64,000 nt of DNA from Eledone cirrhosa (lineage: Eukaryota): the NCBI GenBank assembly GCA_964016885.1, contig OZ024742.1:242668001-242732000 (forward strand), in the 5' to 3' direction. Positions 27,256 to 40,106 of this stretch are shown here, piece by piece. The notes under the pieces were generated by a model. It ran no database searches, was not told where the DNA came from, and was given only the letters and a program-made list of their open reading frames with translations. Position numbers and translations under genes: made by a program. Within the stretch, counting starts at the first letter, position 1. Each line of letters begins with the position of its first letter.

Positions 27256-28733
27256 CAACCTGTGCCCTACAAGACCAGCAAGAGGGGGAACACCTACCAT
27301 TACCTCAATGGCCAAGAAAACCCACACAGATAGATGGAACGGGTGGACCAGAGCCATACGGACCCCCGAAAACCACGATGAACTAAAGAAAATGAGTGCA
27401 TATGCGGTGGGGGCCAGCATAAAATTAACCCTTAAGGAACATATGTTCAAATTTAATGGAAAAACATATGCCCAAGAGGAAGGAGCAGCCATTGGTGTTA
27501 GCATTGCAGGCGACATAGCTAACTTATTCATGGTATGGTGGGTCAGTAGACTTAAACTTAAACTTAAAGAACAATTAGAATACCCCTTAACCCAGATAAT
27601 GTACTCCCGCTACGTTGATGATATAAACATCGTAGTAAAAACACCCCCACTAGAGAACAGTCAGGAATTAGAGAAAAACACAATGGAAAGCATCCAGCAA
27701 ATAGCTAACTCCATCCACCAGAGTATTAGAGTTACTATAGACTACCCAAGTAAACACTCCAACCATCGATTACCTGTACTAGACACAGAGCTCTGGTTAG
27801 ATACCATTAATAACAAAAAACAAATCCTCCATTCCCATTATGCCAAACCCATGACTTCCAAATATCTGATCCACCGAAACTCAGCTGTTTCGGACCATAC
27901 CAAAATCAACATACTGATTGCGGATTTGGTACGGCTGATGAGAAACGTGTCCCGCATGTGCAACCCCGAAGAACTAGAGAGACACATACAACACTTCATC
28001 CACCGTATGCAGTTCTCTGGTTACAATCAGAGAGATAAAATCAGAGTGTATAGAGGAGCCAGAACCAAATGGGAAAAAATGGTAAATAATGGCACAAATG
28101 GGACCTGCCCCTTGTATAGAAGCAAATTTTGGAATAGAATGGAAAGAACTAGGAATAAGGCTAATAGAATAAACTCATGGTATGATAGCAATAAATACCA
28201 GAGTGTAATGTTCATCGATACAACCCCTAGAGGTGAATTAGCTTACAAATTTAGAAGGGGCCTAGATAAACATAAACTCAATATTAAGATAGTAGAAAGA
28301 CCAGGTACCTCCATAAAAACACTTATTAGCAAGACATACTCTTTTCAAAGAGCCCCCTGTATAGATAAGAAATGTATAACCTGTAAATTAAGCCCCCATA
28401 TTAACTGTAATACTAGAAATGTAGTATATAGCATAAGATGTACTGAAGGACAATGTAGAGACAAAAACATAGTGTACATAGGTGAGACAGCTCGTAGTGT
28501 AGGGGAACGGATAAATGAACACTGGCGAGATCTTCAAGATAGAAAAGAATCATCTGTACCATGCTAAAATAGAACATAAGGGTAAATTAGAGAACATAGA
28601 AATAAAAATAGAATCTACACACAGAAAAGACGCAATGTTTAGACAAATCACAGAGGCAATAAACGTAAAAGAATTACAACCAAAATTAAATAGAAAACAT
28701 GAGTGGAACAGCAACATCACAACTTACAATTAA
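27256..28733 (+). pseudogene. PLE RT (C-terminal half) + GIY-YIG, one frameshift near 28555
   Basis: QEEGAAIG, SRYVDDI, DYP..LPVLD, YAKPM..SA, FSGY, C..C.TC..C..NVVYSI.C..YIGETARS..R..EH, RQITEAINV..LN.K.EW. Confidence 0.88.
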
Positions 28734-28938
28734 GGAAAAAATGAAAACACACACGCACATAGAACAAACAACCAACCTGTAACATGTAAATAAACAAATA
28801 AATAAACGAATATAAACACACACAGACACCCGGATGTGGCGCATGCGCAGACTGAGCACACAACACACACACAGAAACAAGATGGCGTAGGACAGAACAA
28901 AGGAGAGGCACAAAAACAAAGAAAAGAATCCCCAGTCA

Positions 28939-28976
28939 CTGAAGAGGTCACAGAATGTGTGACGAAAGAACTTTCA
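28939..28976 (+). ncRNA. Hammerhead-like variant in pLTR (inverted copy near 27132-27169)
   Basis: CTGAAGA-G-GTCACA/TGTGAC-GAAA-GAACTTTC; stem I not evident. Confidence 0.5.
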
Positions 28977-29186
28977 CAATATATAAACAACCATCTGGTT
29001 GTGGAACCAACCAACCAACCGGAAATTTATAAATTCCTAAATTTATAATTTTTTTTATAATAAATTGAAATGAAAGCAACTGGTGCGTGTGTTTCTTATT
29101 GGCAACATGACCCTCCCAAAGTATAACAATATCGGTTTCAACACACGTTTTCAGATAAAGAATCTTGCTAAACAAATTCAGAAACG

Positions 29187-29772
<586 letters not shown>

Positions 29773-29871
29773 ATGTGTATGCGTCTGTCTGTCTGTGTGT
29801 GTAGATCCCGAGTTAAATCGAGGGTAACGACAGCAAATAAGGTACTCAATAGAGTGGGAACATCATTATTC

Positions 29872-29989
29872 AATGTAGAAATGGCTTCTACGGGACTAGA
29901 ACTCTTTCATTCGTATGAAATCGTCAGGAATGCCTAATGATTTCATACGAATGAAACAGTTCTAGTCCCGTAGAAGCCATTTCTATATT
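29872..29989. repeat. 57-bp-arm foldback containing a truncated hammerhead core in each arm
   Basis: Arms 29872-29928 and 29933-29989; minus arm reads CTGACGA-TTTCATACGAAT-GAAA-GAGTTC-TA. Confidence 0.7.
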
Positions 29990-30012
29990 AAATATATATA
30001 TATATGTGTGTG

Positions 30013-30104
<92 letters not shown>

Positions 30105-30177
30105 GGGAGAGTGTGTGTGTATTTGTACCTATACATATACGTATATATATATATACACATATATACGTATATATATA

Positions 30178-31850
30178 GGTCCAGCTTCCCTTAGCGGAAC
30201 CAGCAGGCGACGCCGCCGCCGCTCACGCCACGTAACGTAGTTCAATCCTCCCCACAATGCCGAAGTGGCAATACCTATCGGGAAAATCTTCTTTAGGCTC
30301 CTCGAAAAACACTTTCCACCACAACAGCGCTACCACAACATAATCAACAAAAACTCTATCAAGCTATCCTACAGCACCACACCTAACTTCGCACAAAACA
30401 TCGACTCCTCAAACAACAAAAAACTCAACAACTATGGAAGAAACAACCTAGAAATTAGTGGAGAGCCGACCAGGTGGTGTAACTGCCGTGATAGATCTAC
30501 GTGCCCCCTCAGCAACAGATGCCGAGAACGTAACGTGATCTACCAGTGCAGCGTGAGGACGGACACCTCCAAGCTTATATAGGATTAACAGCTTGTGACT
30601 TTAAGACCCGGCTCTACCAACACCGACATACGTTCCGAAACTCGGTCCGGCGACATGCCACCACGCTTTAGGGCCATATCTGGGACCACCAAGATAATAA
30701 TATAACTTACCATCTTACTTGGAGCTTACTGTCCAGAGCTAACTCTTACACGGGAGGACGCCGTCCGTGTAACTTATGCTCGGAGGAAACATTACAAATG
30801 CTGTTTACGAAAAAGATGAACTGGTAACTGGTAACTGCAGGCAAACACAGATTGCGGAAGACTTACCTCGCCCTCAAACCCCCTAACGATCCGGGTGGGT
30901 AGACAAGGGCTGAAACACCCCACTTGCCGAATAAGATAGGGAAAACCCCAACTTATATAGGTAGATGTACCTCTTTTCTTTTCCTCTATGTTTTCTTCTT
31001 CTCGTTGTCTCCTCCTATCACTTCTTTCCACCACCGAACTTCTTCCTCGTTCGTTTCTTTGTTTTTTTCCCCTTTCGCCTACCCCGAGGCAGCCCATCGG
31101 GCCTCTTTAGCCTCAGTACCCACACCCCAGTAACTTATAGATAGCATTGACCGATTACGCTATACTAACTATTCATAGCAGCTGCGTTAGACCCCAGAAA
31201 TGTGGTATTAATTTTTAATACCAATTCTAAATTTTCAATAATTCTCATCTAGCAACTCATTGGCTGAAAAAGCAGAACCAACTAAATATAGCAGCTCTGT
31301 TAGACTCCTTAGTTTTTGTTTTATTTCACTTCTCACTTTCCAATCTTACATTCTGATATATCTTTCTCTCAATTGTTATTATATTCTTTTTTATTATATT
31401 TTTTCATGGTCCCCTAATCTCCTTTTTCTAAAGAAACCTTTTTTCGCCTACCTCCTCTGGCCTACTTTCATACACATTCCTTAGACTTTGCCGTGTAGAT
31501 TTCACCTTCAACGCTTGACCGGCTCTACCCACTTCCCTATCGTTCTACAGGCAAGTTCAGCCACCCCACCCCGCACCCACTGCCATGATAGACTTTTCTG
31601 TGTCTGCTACAAATTTTGACCAATCCTCTTGACAACTACAATCTTCCCATATAAGGAAGTACTCCTTGAAAAGTTCGGCTATTTATTTACCGGACTAAAA
31701 AAACTCTTACTTTAGTCCAGAAATAGCCGTCGAAACGGCTTGAGCTCTGCCGTCGAGGTCATACTTTCTCCTATTACCCACTCTACTACCCTAAGTATTG
31801 AGTACTCTGGTGCGTTATGGTCCATTTGGTTCCTTACCACAACTCCTTCG
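30178..31850 (+). mobile_element. 5'-truncated decayed Penelope-like element (GIY-YIG end + long 3' UTR)
   Basis: FNPP..IGKIFFRLLEKHFP..IKLSYS..CNC..CPL..C..NVIYQC..YIGLT..FKTR, C.LC; 3' boundary approximate. Confidence 0.8.
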
Positions 31851-31913
31851 TTATATACATGTATAACTACATATATACATTCACACACAAGTACATGTAT
31901 ATACACAGGTATG

Positions 31914-31946
<33 letters not shown>

Positions 31947-32047
31947 GTGCGTGTGTGTGTGTGTGTGTGTGTCTGTGTGTGTCTGTGTGTGTCTTTGCTT
32001 GTGTATGTATGTGTGTATGTATATATGTGTACATGCATGTATGTATA

Positions 32048-32760
32048 TTCTGGTTTAATTACTTTATAAATGTTCACTATCAGAAAGAGAGAGAGAGGGG
32101 GGAGAAAGGGTCGGTTTCTAATATAGAAACAAGACTCTTTCATTGAAATTTAGACAACATCAACTATGTAAATACGTCTGTACGTCTGTATGTGTTAGTG
32201 TACATGAGTGTCTGGAGTTATATTTCAACCAGTGCATATGCCTCTTTTTCTACAACTGTATATAGGAGGTATTACATGCTGAATTTCTTAGATGTTTTAC
32301 ATCAAGTATGTCAAACATGCGGCCCTTTACAAGCACACTTGCGGCCCGCACAAAGGTTTTTACAGCGCGAGCATGTTTTATCTTCGTAATATAAAATTAA
32401 AAACATTTGTTGTATTATGCGGAATTAGGTATCGTGTGTGGCCCTCAGACAACACATATGGGACCCATGTGGCCCTCGAGGAACCCTCAGTTTGACATGC
32501 CTGCTTTACATATTTCTATAGTTCCATTAACGGACTATACTTGCAATTTCCTAACTAATATCCTTTGTGGTTATTTAACCATGTTGTCCTGGATATCCAT
32601 AAAAGTAGAGAATAATCACGACTAGAATGAATTTGAAAAAAGGCCTGTTTGATCAGCATTAACCAAGATCTAATTATCTCATTATCATTTAACTTTAACT
32701 ATATATTTCTCCATATAATCCTTAGAAGTATTTCTAAAGTCACGTTTGTGATATGTCTTC
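32048..32760 (-). mobile_element. Old 3' fragment of Dong-B-related element, interrupted by a MITE
   Basis: Reverse complement resembles 13000-13540 (CCATTAATGGAAC, GTTGATGTTGT..AAATTTCAATGA..GAGTCTTG, AAACCAGAA); ends in CATA-type repeat. Confidence 0.65.
32303..32503. mobile_element. hAT (Charlie-like) MITE, 201 bp
   Basis: TIRs CAAGTATGTCAAAC / GTTTGACATGCCTG; 8-bp TSD TTTTACAT / CTTTACAT; GCGGCCC subterminal motifs. Confidence 0.85.
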
Positions 32761-32801
32761 GTATTTTTCTTTTATGCATATTTTAAAAATGTAATGCGAT
32801 G

Positions 32802-32900
32802 GAAGAAGAAGAAGAAGAAGAAGAAGAAGAAGAAGAAGAAGAAGAAGAAGAAGAAGAAGAAGAAGAAGAAGAAGAAGAAGAAGAAGAAGAAGAAGAAGAA
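32802..32900. repeat. (GAA)n microsatellite
   Basis: Directly visible. Confidence 0.97.
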
Positions 32901-33190
32901 TTAAAACAATTTCAATTACTTTTACTTTGCAGTCTTGTATTGGACTTTGTTATGTTATTCTCCTTATTTCTCCATTCTTCACTGCTATTAATAAAATATA
33001 GAAACCTGTATTTATTTTAGAGAGTAGCAGGTATGTCTCTCAAAAGTATAGTTATTGCTGTAATATTGTAGAATACGTATCTTTTGTTTTTTAACAGATA
33101 TTATTATAGGTGCTGCATGATAATTGGAACTCTATACCGTTAAGAAATCTTAAGTTATATTAAAATAATACATAGTGAAGGCACATTGCT

Positions 33191-33323
33191 AATGACACTT
33201 GAAAAACTTGTCAACCTTTACTTACATAAACTTTTTAAAATGTGAAGACAGAAATATAATGACACTTGAAAAACTTGTCAACCTTTTCTTACATAAACTT
33301 TTTAAAATATGAAGACAAATATA
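33191..33323. repeat. Tandem duplication of a ~67-bp unit
   Basis: AATGACACTTGAAAAACTTGTCAACCTTT...GAAGACA occurs twice. Confidence 0.9.
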
Positions 33324-33856
33324 ATGAGAGCTCGAATATAATCGCCATATTAATCACAACCTGTTTTTGCATCAGGATGATGCAAAGAAATGCACGCGCA
33401 CAAACTCATTAACATGTATATGCACTCACACATGTACACATACACACATGCATATATGCACACATATGTATACATATAGACTCAAACAAACATATTGTTT
33501 CCATTTGCTGAAGAGAATTACAAATCGTCATTAGAATTTATTTGTCACTTGTGATATATTTATATCTAATTTTTTAGACATTTTATTGAAAATGTTACAT
33601 TTGAAGTTGTCTACTTTTCTTAATTCCTCTTTCTTCAAATATTAATTTTTAAATATTAATTTTCAAAAGTAAACTTGAGAGATTCAAATCCGCGTAATCT
33701 GACAATTAGCTTGTCTAACTCTGCAAAGAGTGTTGATGATTGGAATAAAAAAAACACTCTATATTTTATGTGTTATTTTTGCAAATAAAAACATTGAATT
33801 GATAGACACAAGAAAGGGAAATCATGATTTTACGCATTGTTGGTTCAAACATGTTT

Positions 33857-33914
<58 letters not shown>

Positions 33915-34347
33915 TGTGTGTTTCTAATTACGTGATATCTTATGTCAGCAAAATTGTCATCAGATGATATTTCGATGATTTCCTTGTTCCAAATACTTTT
34001 TAATTAATTGTCGTAGATAATTTATTATATGCACTTTTTTGTTCTATTTGTTTGTTTGTTTTTTGGGGTGGGGAGAGGTTTCGTGTCTGCAACAGGATTC
34101 ATTCTCGCGTAGGTGCATTGTTAATCTGTGGTTATGATAACTGTATAAGTTAGCTATGTGACGTCAACATCTGTCAAGTTTGAACTTGAAATGATATGTT
34201 AGCATTGTACAATGTAGATACCACTTTTGTTTTTAAACTCAATCCTGTGAGACATCATTATCATTAAGATAAAAGATAACAGCTTAACTTAGAAAAAATA
34301 ATGCAGGTTTGGAAAAAGTATTCGAAAAGCATTGCTCTATAATAATT

Positions 34348-34745
34348 GTTTCTACGTTTGGCACAAGGTCAGCAATTACCCATCGACGCCGTAAGGATGA
34401 AAGGCAAAATTAACCTCGGCGGGATTTGAACTCAGATCATAAAGACCCGTAACTCTATGATGCAAAGCATGGCGTCCGACCCTCTACAGATACTGCCAAT
34501 CCACCACTCAATAATAAGGGTTTCTTATATAAGCACAAGGCCAGCAATATTGGTGGGAGGGGAAAGTCGATTAAAACTACCCCAGTGCGTGACTGGTACT
34601 TTATTTTATCGACTCCGTAAGGATGAAAGGCAAAGTTAACCTCGGTGGGATTTGAACTCAGATCATAAGGGGGGGGGGTAACTCTATGCTGCAAAGCATG
34701 GTGTCCGACGCTCTACCGATTCCGCCAATCCACCGCCCTCCACCG
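34348..34745 (-). mobile_element. Two tandem tRNA-derived SINE copies (34348-34508, internally deleted; 34519-34745)
   Basis: A-box-like head, B-box GAGTTCAAATCCC, central CTTTGCCTTTCATCCTTACGG (Meta-domain-like), tail CCTTGTG..AGAAAC. Confidence 0.85.
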
Positions 34746-35109
34746 CTCTATAATAATGAATATTGATGTGTTATGCACATTATAATTGGTTGAGATCAAA
34801 ATTTAATAAACTATTAACAAATACCAACAAATGCTGAAAATTTACGATCGGTAAGCTGAGATTAACAAATTTAGTTTCCCAGTTATAATTGTTTCAATAC
34901 ACCAACGTATCCAATGTCAATGAAAAAGACACAGTTTCATTTCTCTTCGCTAGAAATATGAAGCCTTGTGTTTCATCTAACTAATAAATATTGATTACCA
35001 AAATGCGTGGATTTATATATGGTTATTTATTCATTCCTTTTTTCTATTTGTATTTTTTTTTTATTCCAAAGAGTAAATAGAATGAGGATCATTATTATTT
35101 CTTTGTTGG

Positions 35110-35325
35110 GGGTAGTGGATTGGCAGTACCGGTAGAGCGTCGGGTACTATGCTTTGTGGCATATAGTTACGGCCCTTTACATTCTGAGTTCAAATCACAT
35201 CAAGCTTAGCTTTGCCTTTCATCCTTACGGGTTCGATAAAATCAAATACCAGTAAGCACTGGGGTCGATTTAATCGGCTCTCCCCTTCACTTCAAATTGC
35301 TGGCCTTGTGCCTAAAGTAGAAGCA
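35110..35325 (+). mobile_element. tRNA-derived SINE
   Basis: Same head, core and tail motifs. Confidence 0.85.
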
Positions 35326-35548
35326 ATTATCATTTCTTCCTTGGAGTCAATATTCGACAGTGGTTTATTTAAAACTGAAAGACAAATATGTTAAGTTTAT
35401 CGCACCTATTTTTCATCATATAACAGTCATTCGGGACAATAGTACAGTCACAATAACAATTATTTAAGTGCTAGCTGTTACAGGTAAGTAAGCATGTTTG
35501 TAAGTATGTAAATAAATATCTAAGTGAATAAACAGGTAAGTACAAGCA

Positions 35549-36234
35549 TGTAGACCAGAAACTCCGCTTCCTGACTATAGCAGCCAGCAACACAACTCCA
35601 TTGTCGTGTAACTACGAGAGTATGAAGGGCGGGTAAGCCATCGGGGTAGGCTCTGGAGTCAGAAATAGAAAGAAGACTCCAAAACGTTTTATTATTATTA
35701 TTTTTTTTTCACTTTATTTTTATTGCTCGTTATTCATTATTTCGTCATTGTTCTATATTGTACCTTCTCTTCTTTCTGGTCTTAAACTTCTACTCCACCT
35801 TTTAGAGTAATCCTCTCTTATATACTCATATGTACACCAGGTCCGAACACAAAAGAACCAAACTCCCATTGTCACTGCCTCCGTCTCTCTCGCTATCTCC
35901 CCATCTCTCACTATTGTGAACAAATAGGGGACCACGCGCTTGCCGCCGTGTCCCAAAAGAAGTTAATTTTTAAAAGGGGACAGAAAGAGTTCCTCCTCTG
36001 ACGAAGAGACCTCTTCTCGTGGGCAGATCTATCTTTTTCAGTTCTTCATTTAGCCAACGAGGAGTTGACAAAGCCGCTAAAAGATAAACCCTTGTCTCTT
36101 GAAACGGACAACGTTCAGATGAAGATGGGTTCACACCAAGTAGAACATTGGAAAGAAATGTTATTAATAAAGTGATGCACGGTGATTTATACTATATTAC
36201 ATGACAACCCGCATGACGTGGGCCTCTACGTACA
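35549..36234 (-). mobile_element. Probable orphan 3' LTR with adjacent polypurine tract
   Basis: TGTA...TACA termini; C-run at 36236-36246 reads as a G-run PPT immediately 5' of the LTR on minus; no second LTR in window. Confidence 0.5.
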
Positions 36235-36414
36235 TCCCCCCCCCCCACACACCAATAATTGAATTGCTCACAGGTGCTATTTTTGGAACTAATTTCTTCA
36301 TGGAGATAACAAATTTGTTCCAATTAGATTTAATATATAAGAATAAATAAAAGTGGAAGTCTATTGGCATTGAAGGGTAGTCTGGTCAACCTAACTAAAC
36401 TAAAATTCATCTAT

Positions 36415-36592
36415 TAGTAGATTGGTAGTACTGGTAAATGGTCGGACGCCATGCTTTGCAGCATAGAGTTACGGCCCTTTATGATCTGAGTTCAAATCCT
36501 GCCGAAGTTAACTTTGCCTTTCATCTTTACGATAAAATAAAGTACCAGTAATGCACTGGGATAATTGCTGGCCTTGTGCCAAAAGTAGAAAC
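36415..36592 (+). mobile_element. tRNA-derived SINE
   Basis: B-box GAGTTCAAATCC; tail GCCTTGTGCCAAAAGTAGAAAC-AATT. Confidence 0.85.
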
Positions 36593-36834
36593 AATTAATT
36601 GTCTTGCTTTCGTTTTATAACTACTGTACCACTTAACATTTCTTGCTTTGAGTATGGATAATGGTGTGTAAATTGACTTCAGTGCTTAATATAATAAAAG
36701 AACTTCATCTTCTTCTTCTTCTTCTTCTTCTTCTTCTTCTTCATTTCTTATTCTTATTCTTCTTCTTTTTCTTTGTCTTCTTCTTTTTCTTCTTCTTTTT
36801 CTTCTTTTTCTTCTTTTTCTTCTTCTTCTTCTTC

Positions 36835-37235
36835 TAGGACGTCGGACAAAATACGCCGCATTATTTGTTCCAAGTCTTTACGTTTCTGAGTTTAAATCCC
36901 ACCGAGGTCATTTTTGCCTTTCATGCTTCCGGTTTAGATAACATATAAGTATCAGCCAAGTACTGGGGTTGCAATCCCTACCCCAAATATTTTCTAGCCT
37001 TGTCACTAAATCAGAAACCATTGTTAAAGCTGGCGGATTCGGACAGAATTGTAACAGCGTCGGTGAAATGCTCTGAAATATTTCTTCCCGCTCTTATATG
37101 GTCTGAGTTCAAATCCCATCAAGATCAACTTTGCCTTTCATCTTTTCGGGATCCATAAAATAAAATACTAGGGCCGATGTAATTGACTTATCTCTGCCTC
37201 TGAATAGCTGATACTGTGCTACATTTAGATTTGAA
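36835..37235 (+). mobile_element. Two tandem diverged tRNA-SINE copies after a (TTC)n tract (36705-36835)
   Basis: Two B-boxes and two TTTGCCTTTCAT cores. Confidence 0.8.
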
Positions 37236-37881
37236 GTTGTGATCATTGGAACACTTGGATGTTATTAACTGCCTCAGTACAAATCTCATGTTACCCTCTA
37301 TAATTATTTCCTTGATTTATGGTTGCTATCGACGCAAATCGGGTTCCGTAAACAATTTCAAACAAATATATTTTGGTAAAGTGTTTATTTTTCCGCTAAA
37401 GTTCAGTACTCGCATGTATTATTGTGGAACATTGTGAAGAAAAATCTTGATTAAGCCGAGTACCTTATCAAAGCCATGCGACTATAGATCAACACAACAT
37501 CCCTGAATTCTCATGATTACATGTATTTAACTAGATCTACTACGTCACCGTAATCAACCATCACTTATCTAGTTCTAACTTAGTTGTAATTATAATTATT
37601 CCATATACATCGTATAAAATGCCAATGTAAATTTAATAGAATTTCACCAAGTTTAACTCCTTATAATTTACTATGAATACCAATTCTGAGTAGATTTAGA
37701 TTGCCTAGAATTTTGAATTCTATCATTGATACAACAATCTTGTGATACACAAGTGTATAATAATTTCTCTTCTAGCACAGCAATGTGCAATAAATTCACC
37801 TCTGAATCATCACTATGTGGTAAACTGTCACATAGTATAATGGCCTTCTATAAATCTATAGCCAGAACACGATTGACTATG

Positions 37882-37946
<65 letters not shown>
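37882..37946. repeat. (TATC)n microsatellite, insertion site of the Tx1-B tandem
   Basis: Directly visible; resumes as ATATCTATCT at 43781 and 49186. Confidence 0.92.
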
Positions 37947-37947
<1 letters not shown>

Positions 37948-38171
37948 CCTACCAGACGTGTGTAACTTCGCGGAGAAGTTTCCGTTAATTTATGTAAGAA
38001 AAAAACGTGAGTTTTCAGTTAAATTTTATATTATTGTGTAACTTGACCCCCGTCTGGATCTTCAGGTGGTGGGTCAACTCATTTTCGCCCCTACAGGGGC
38101 GAAATATTTGTTTGAAAAATATTTTCTCCATCGAATTTTGGAAAAAATATAGTAAGAAGTTTGATTACCTT

Positions 38172-40075
38172 ATGAACGCTGCGTTCAACGATAATGGTGG
38201 TGGAGAGTCGGTAAGACTACAAAGCTCGCAGTCAACATCGTCTTCTTCCCTAGATACTATGGAGATGGAAAGACGAAATGAAAATGTAAAAACAAATTCA
38301 TATCCAAACAACACAAATGACACCAAACAGTTCAATGACAACAAAAATAACAACAACACCAATAATGATGATAAAAACAACAATGACAACAACAACAAAG
38401 AAAAAAATAAAGACAACACCAATAACACCAGCATCAAAGACAACAACAACACCAAGGAAAATACGAATAATATCAACATCGGTGACAACAAGAATAACAA
38501 CAACAATAACAACAATAATGACAACACCACCAACACGGATTCCACAAAGAAACCAAAAAGCAGAGAAAGTTCAAAAAAAGGAGGAACTGATATATCTCGA
38601 CATAACAAATGCTGAACAACTTTTAAAGGACGCTAGGAGATATGTCACTTTCGAAAAAAATGGTGCTTTCAGCATCAATTCTCCGGTAGAAATTCGCAAG
38701 GAAACTGCTCTCAAAACGATAGTTTTTAGGACAGTTTCCAATTCTACCCGAAAACCAGTCCAATTGTCACAGAAAGAAATTGACTGGTTTTCAAAAATTC
38801 AATGAATGATATTGCATTCATTCAAAGAAGCAAACTTTTTGGGAGTATTTCGGTACTCATGAAGGATCAATTGACGGCCCAAAATTACTCTGTGTCGCCA
38901 ATTGTATCCAACCTGTACACCTTTTTCCCTACATACATAGGAAAAAGGACACAAAAGATCAGAATCACGAGTGTCACACCAAAGGTGAACATATGGTGGA
39001 TACTGTGCGGCTTCATCAATTTTGATGAAGACAGAATACTGTCAGTAGGAAAGTTCCCCAGAGATGTATTCAATGGGACTAGCATTGAAGTTCTGGTGCA
39101 AATGAGCCCAGAGGGAATAGCTATGATCCTTCAACGTGTACTCCTGGACGGACTCACCTACATAAACTTTTCGGTTGAGGGTAGGCGGCCTTCATGTTAC
39201 CATTGCTTTAGCAGGGGTCACCTGAGGGCTTCCTGTCCCAAATTAATGAATAAAAAAAGGCTCTTCTGCCGATACCCATCAAAACAACACAACCACCAAC
39301 ACCACCACAACAACAACACCAACACACAAAAATAACCACAACAAACACAGTCCCACCCAACCCCCACTCCACCTAAAACCACTGCAAAATCACATACAGA
39401 CACAACAGCTCCCCAAGACATACCCCTCCCCAATCACACAGACGATACAACAGATGAGGCTATCTCGCCATCACCCAGTGAAGATGAGGGAGAACGCCAT
39501 CGCTCGAAAAGAAAGAAAAGACATCACAAAAGCAAAAAACCAGCAAACACTACCACAAACATACAACCACCAACACAAACAACAAAAACATCACAAACAA
39601 AACCCCCACCTCCTGAAAACAAAATACCTACAACAAAACGAAAGCACACACAAGAACTACAGACAAAAACAAACACAACACAAGAAAATTACACTTACAC
39701 TTACATAAACACTGAAAACAAAACACTAATGGAGACCATCACGAACGACCCTTCGGTTTTCACCGAAGGGAAAACTTTCGCCCACTCTATTAAAAATAAC
39801 AAAAAATTGAACCTAAAACTGATTAGGGTCCCTATACAAACTTATAGGTCCCTAAAAGAAACATTTGAAAAGGATGTGGGGAATTCCTGCGTGAAACCAC
39901 TTAACCGCGTCCTTCTCAAATGTCTCCTCACCCCAGACACCCCCATCCCACCAGACCCCACCCCACTAAACATCTCCGTCCCCACCCCGCCGGAAACCAC
40001 CACCCACTCAGACAACCCCCCAACACCCCCATGGAAATCGTGCAGCCTGGTCCCCAGGAGACGAAGAGTGAGTGA
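38172..40075 (+). pseudogene. Tx1-B1 ORF1, frameshifted
   Basis: Fragments homologous to the intact ORF1 at 44003-45772. Confidence 0.8.
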
Positions 40076-40106
40076 TCTCTTCCTCTTTTAACTTTTCAGC
40101 ACCAAC

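Larger units (their letters stand above)
26981..29188 (+). mobile_element. 5'-truncated Penelope-like element with inverted pLTR (Naiad-like)
   Basis: 26981-27255 inverted versus 28852-29128; (TA)n flanks. Confidence 0.88.

Noticed and set aside
28733-28935. SECIS element and selenoprotein coding, reported for some Naiad PLEs
   Set aside because: No in-frame TGA in the visible ORF and no convincing SECIS stem-loop; the element is 5'-truncated, so the family is not excluded
32799-33020. Poly-Glu ORF
   Set aside because: (GAA)n microsatellite artefact
35430-35545. CAG|GTAAGT donor sites suggesting host exons (and an acceptor-like TTTTAACAG near 33097)
   Set aside because: No recognisable coding frame or matched exon boundaries; needs transcript data
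35991-36125. Hammerhead-like CTGACGA-AGAGAC...GTCTCT-TGAAA-CG..CG
   Set aside because: Extra base before GAAA and no stem I pairing
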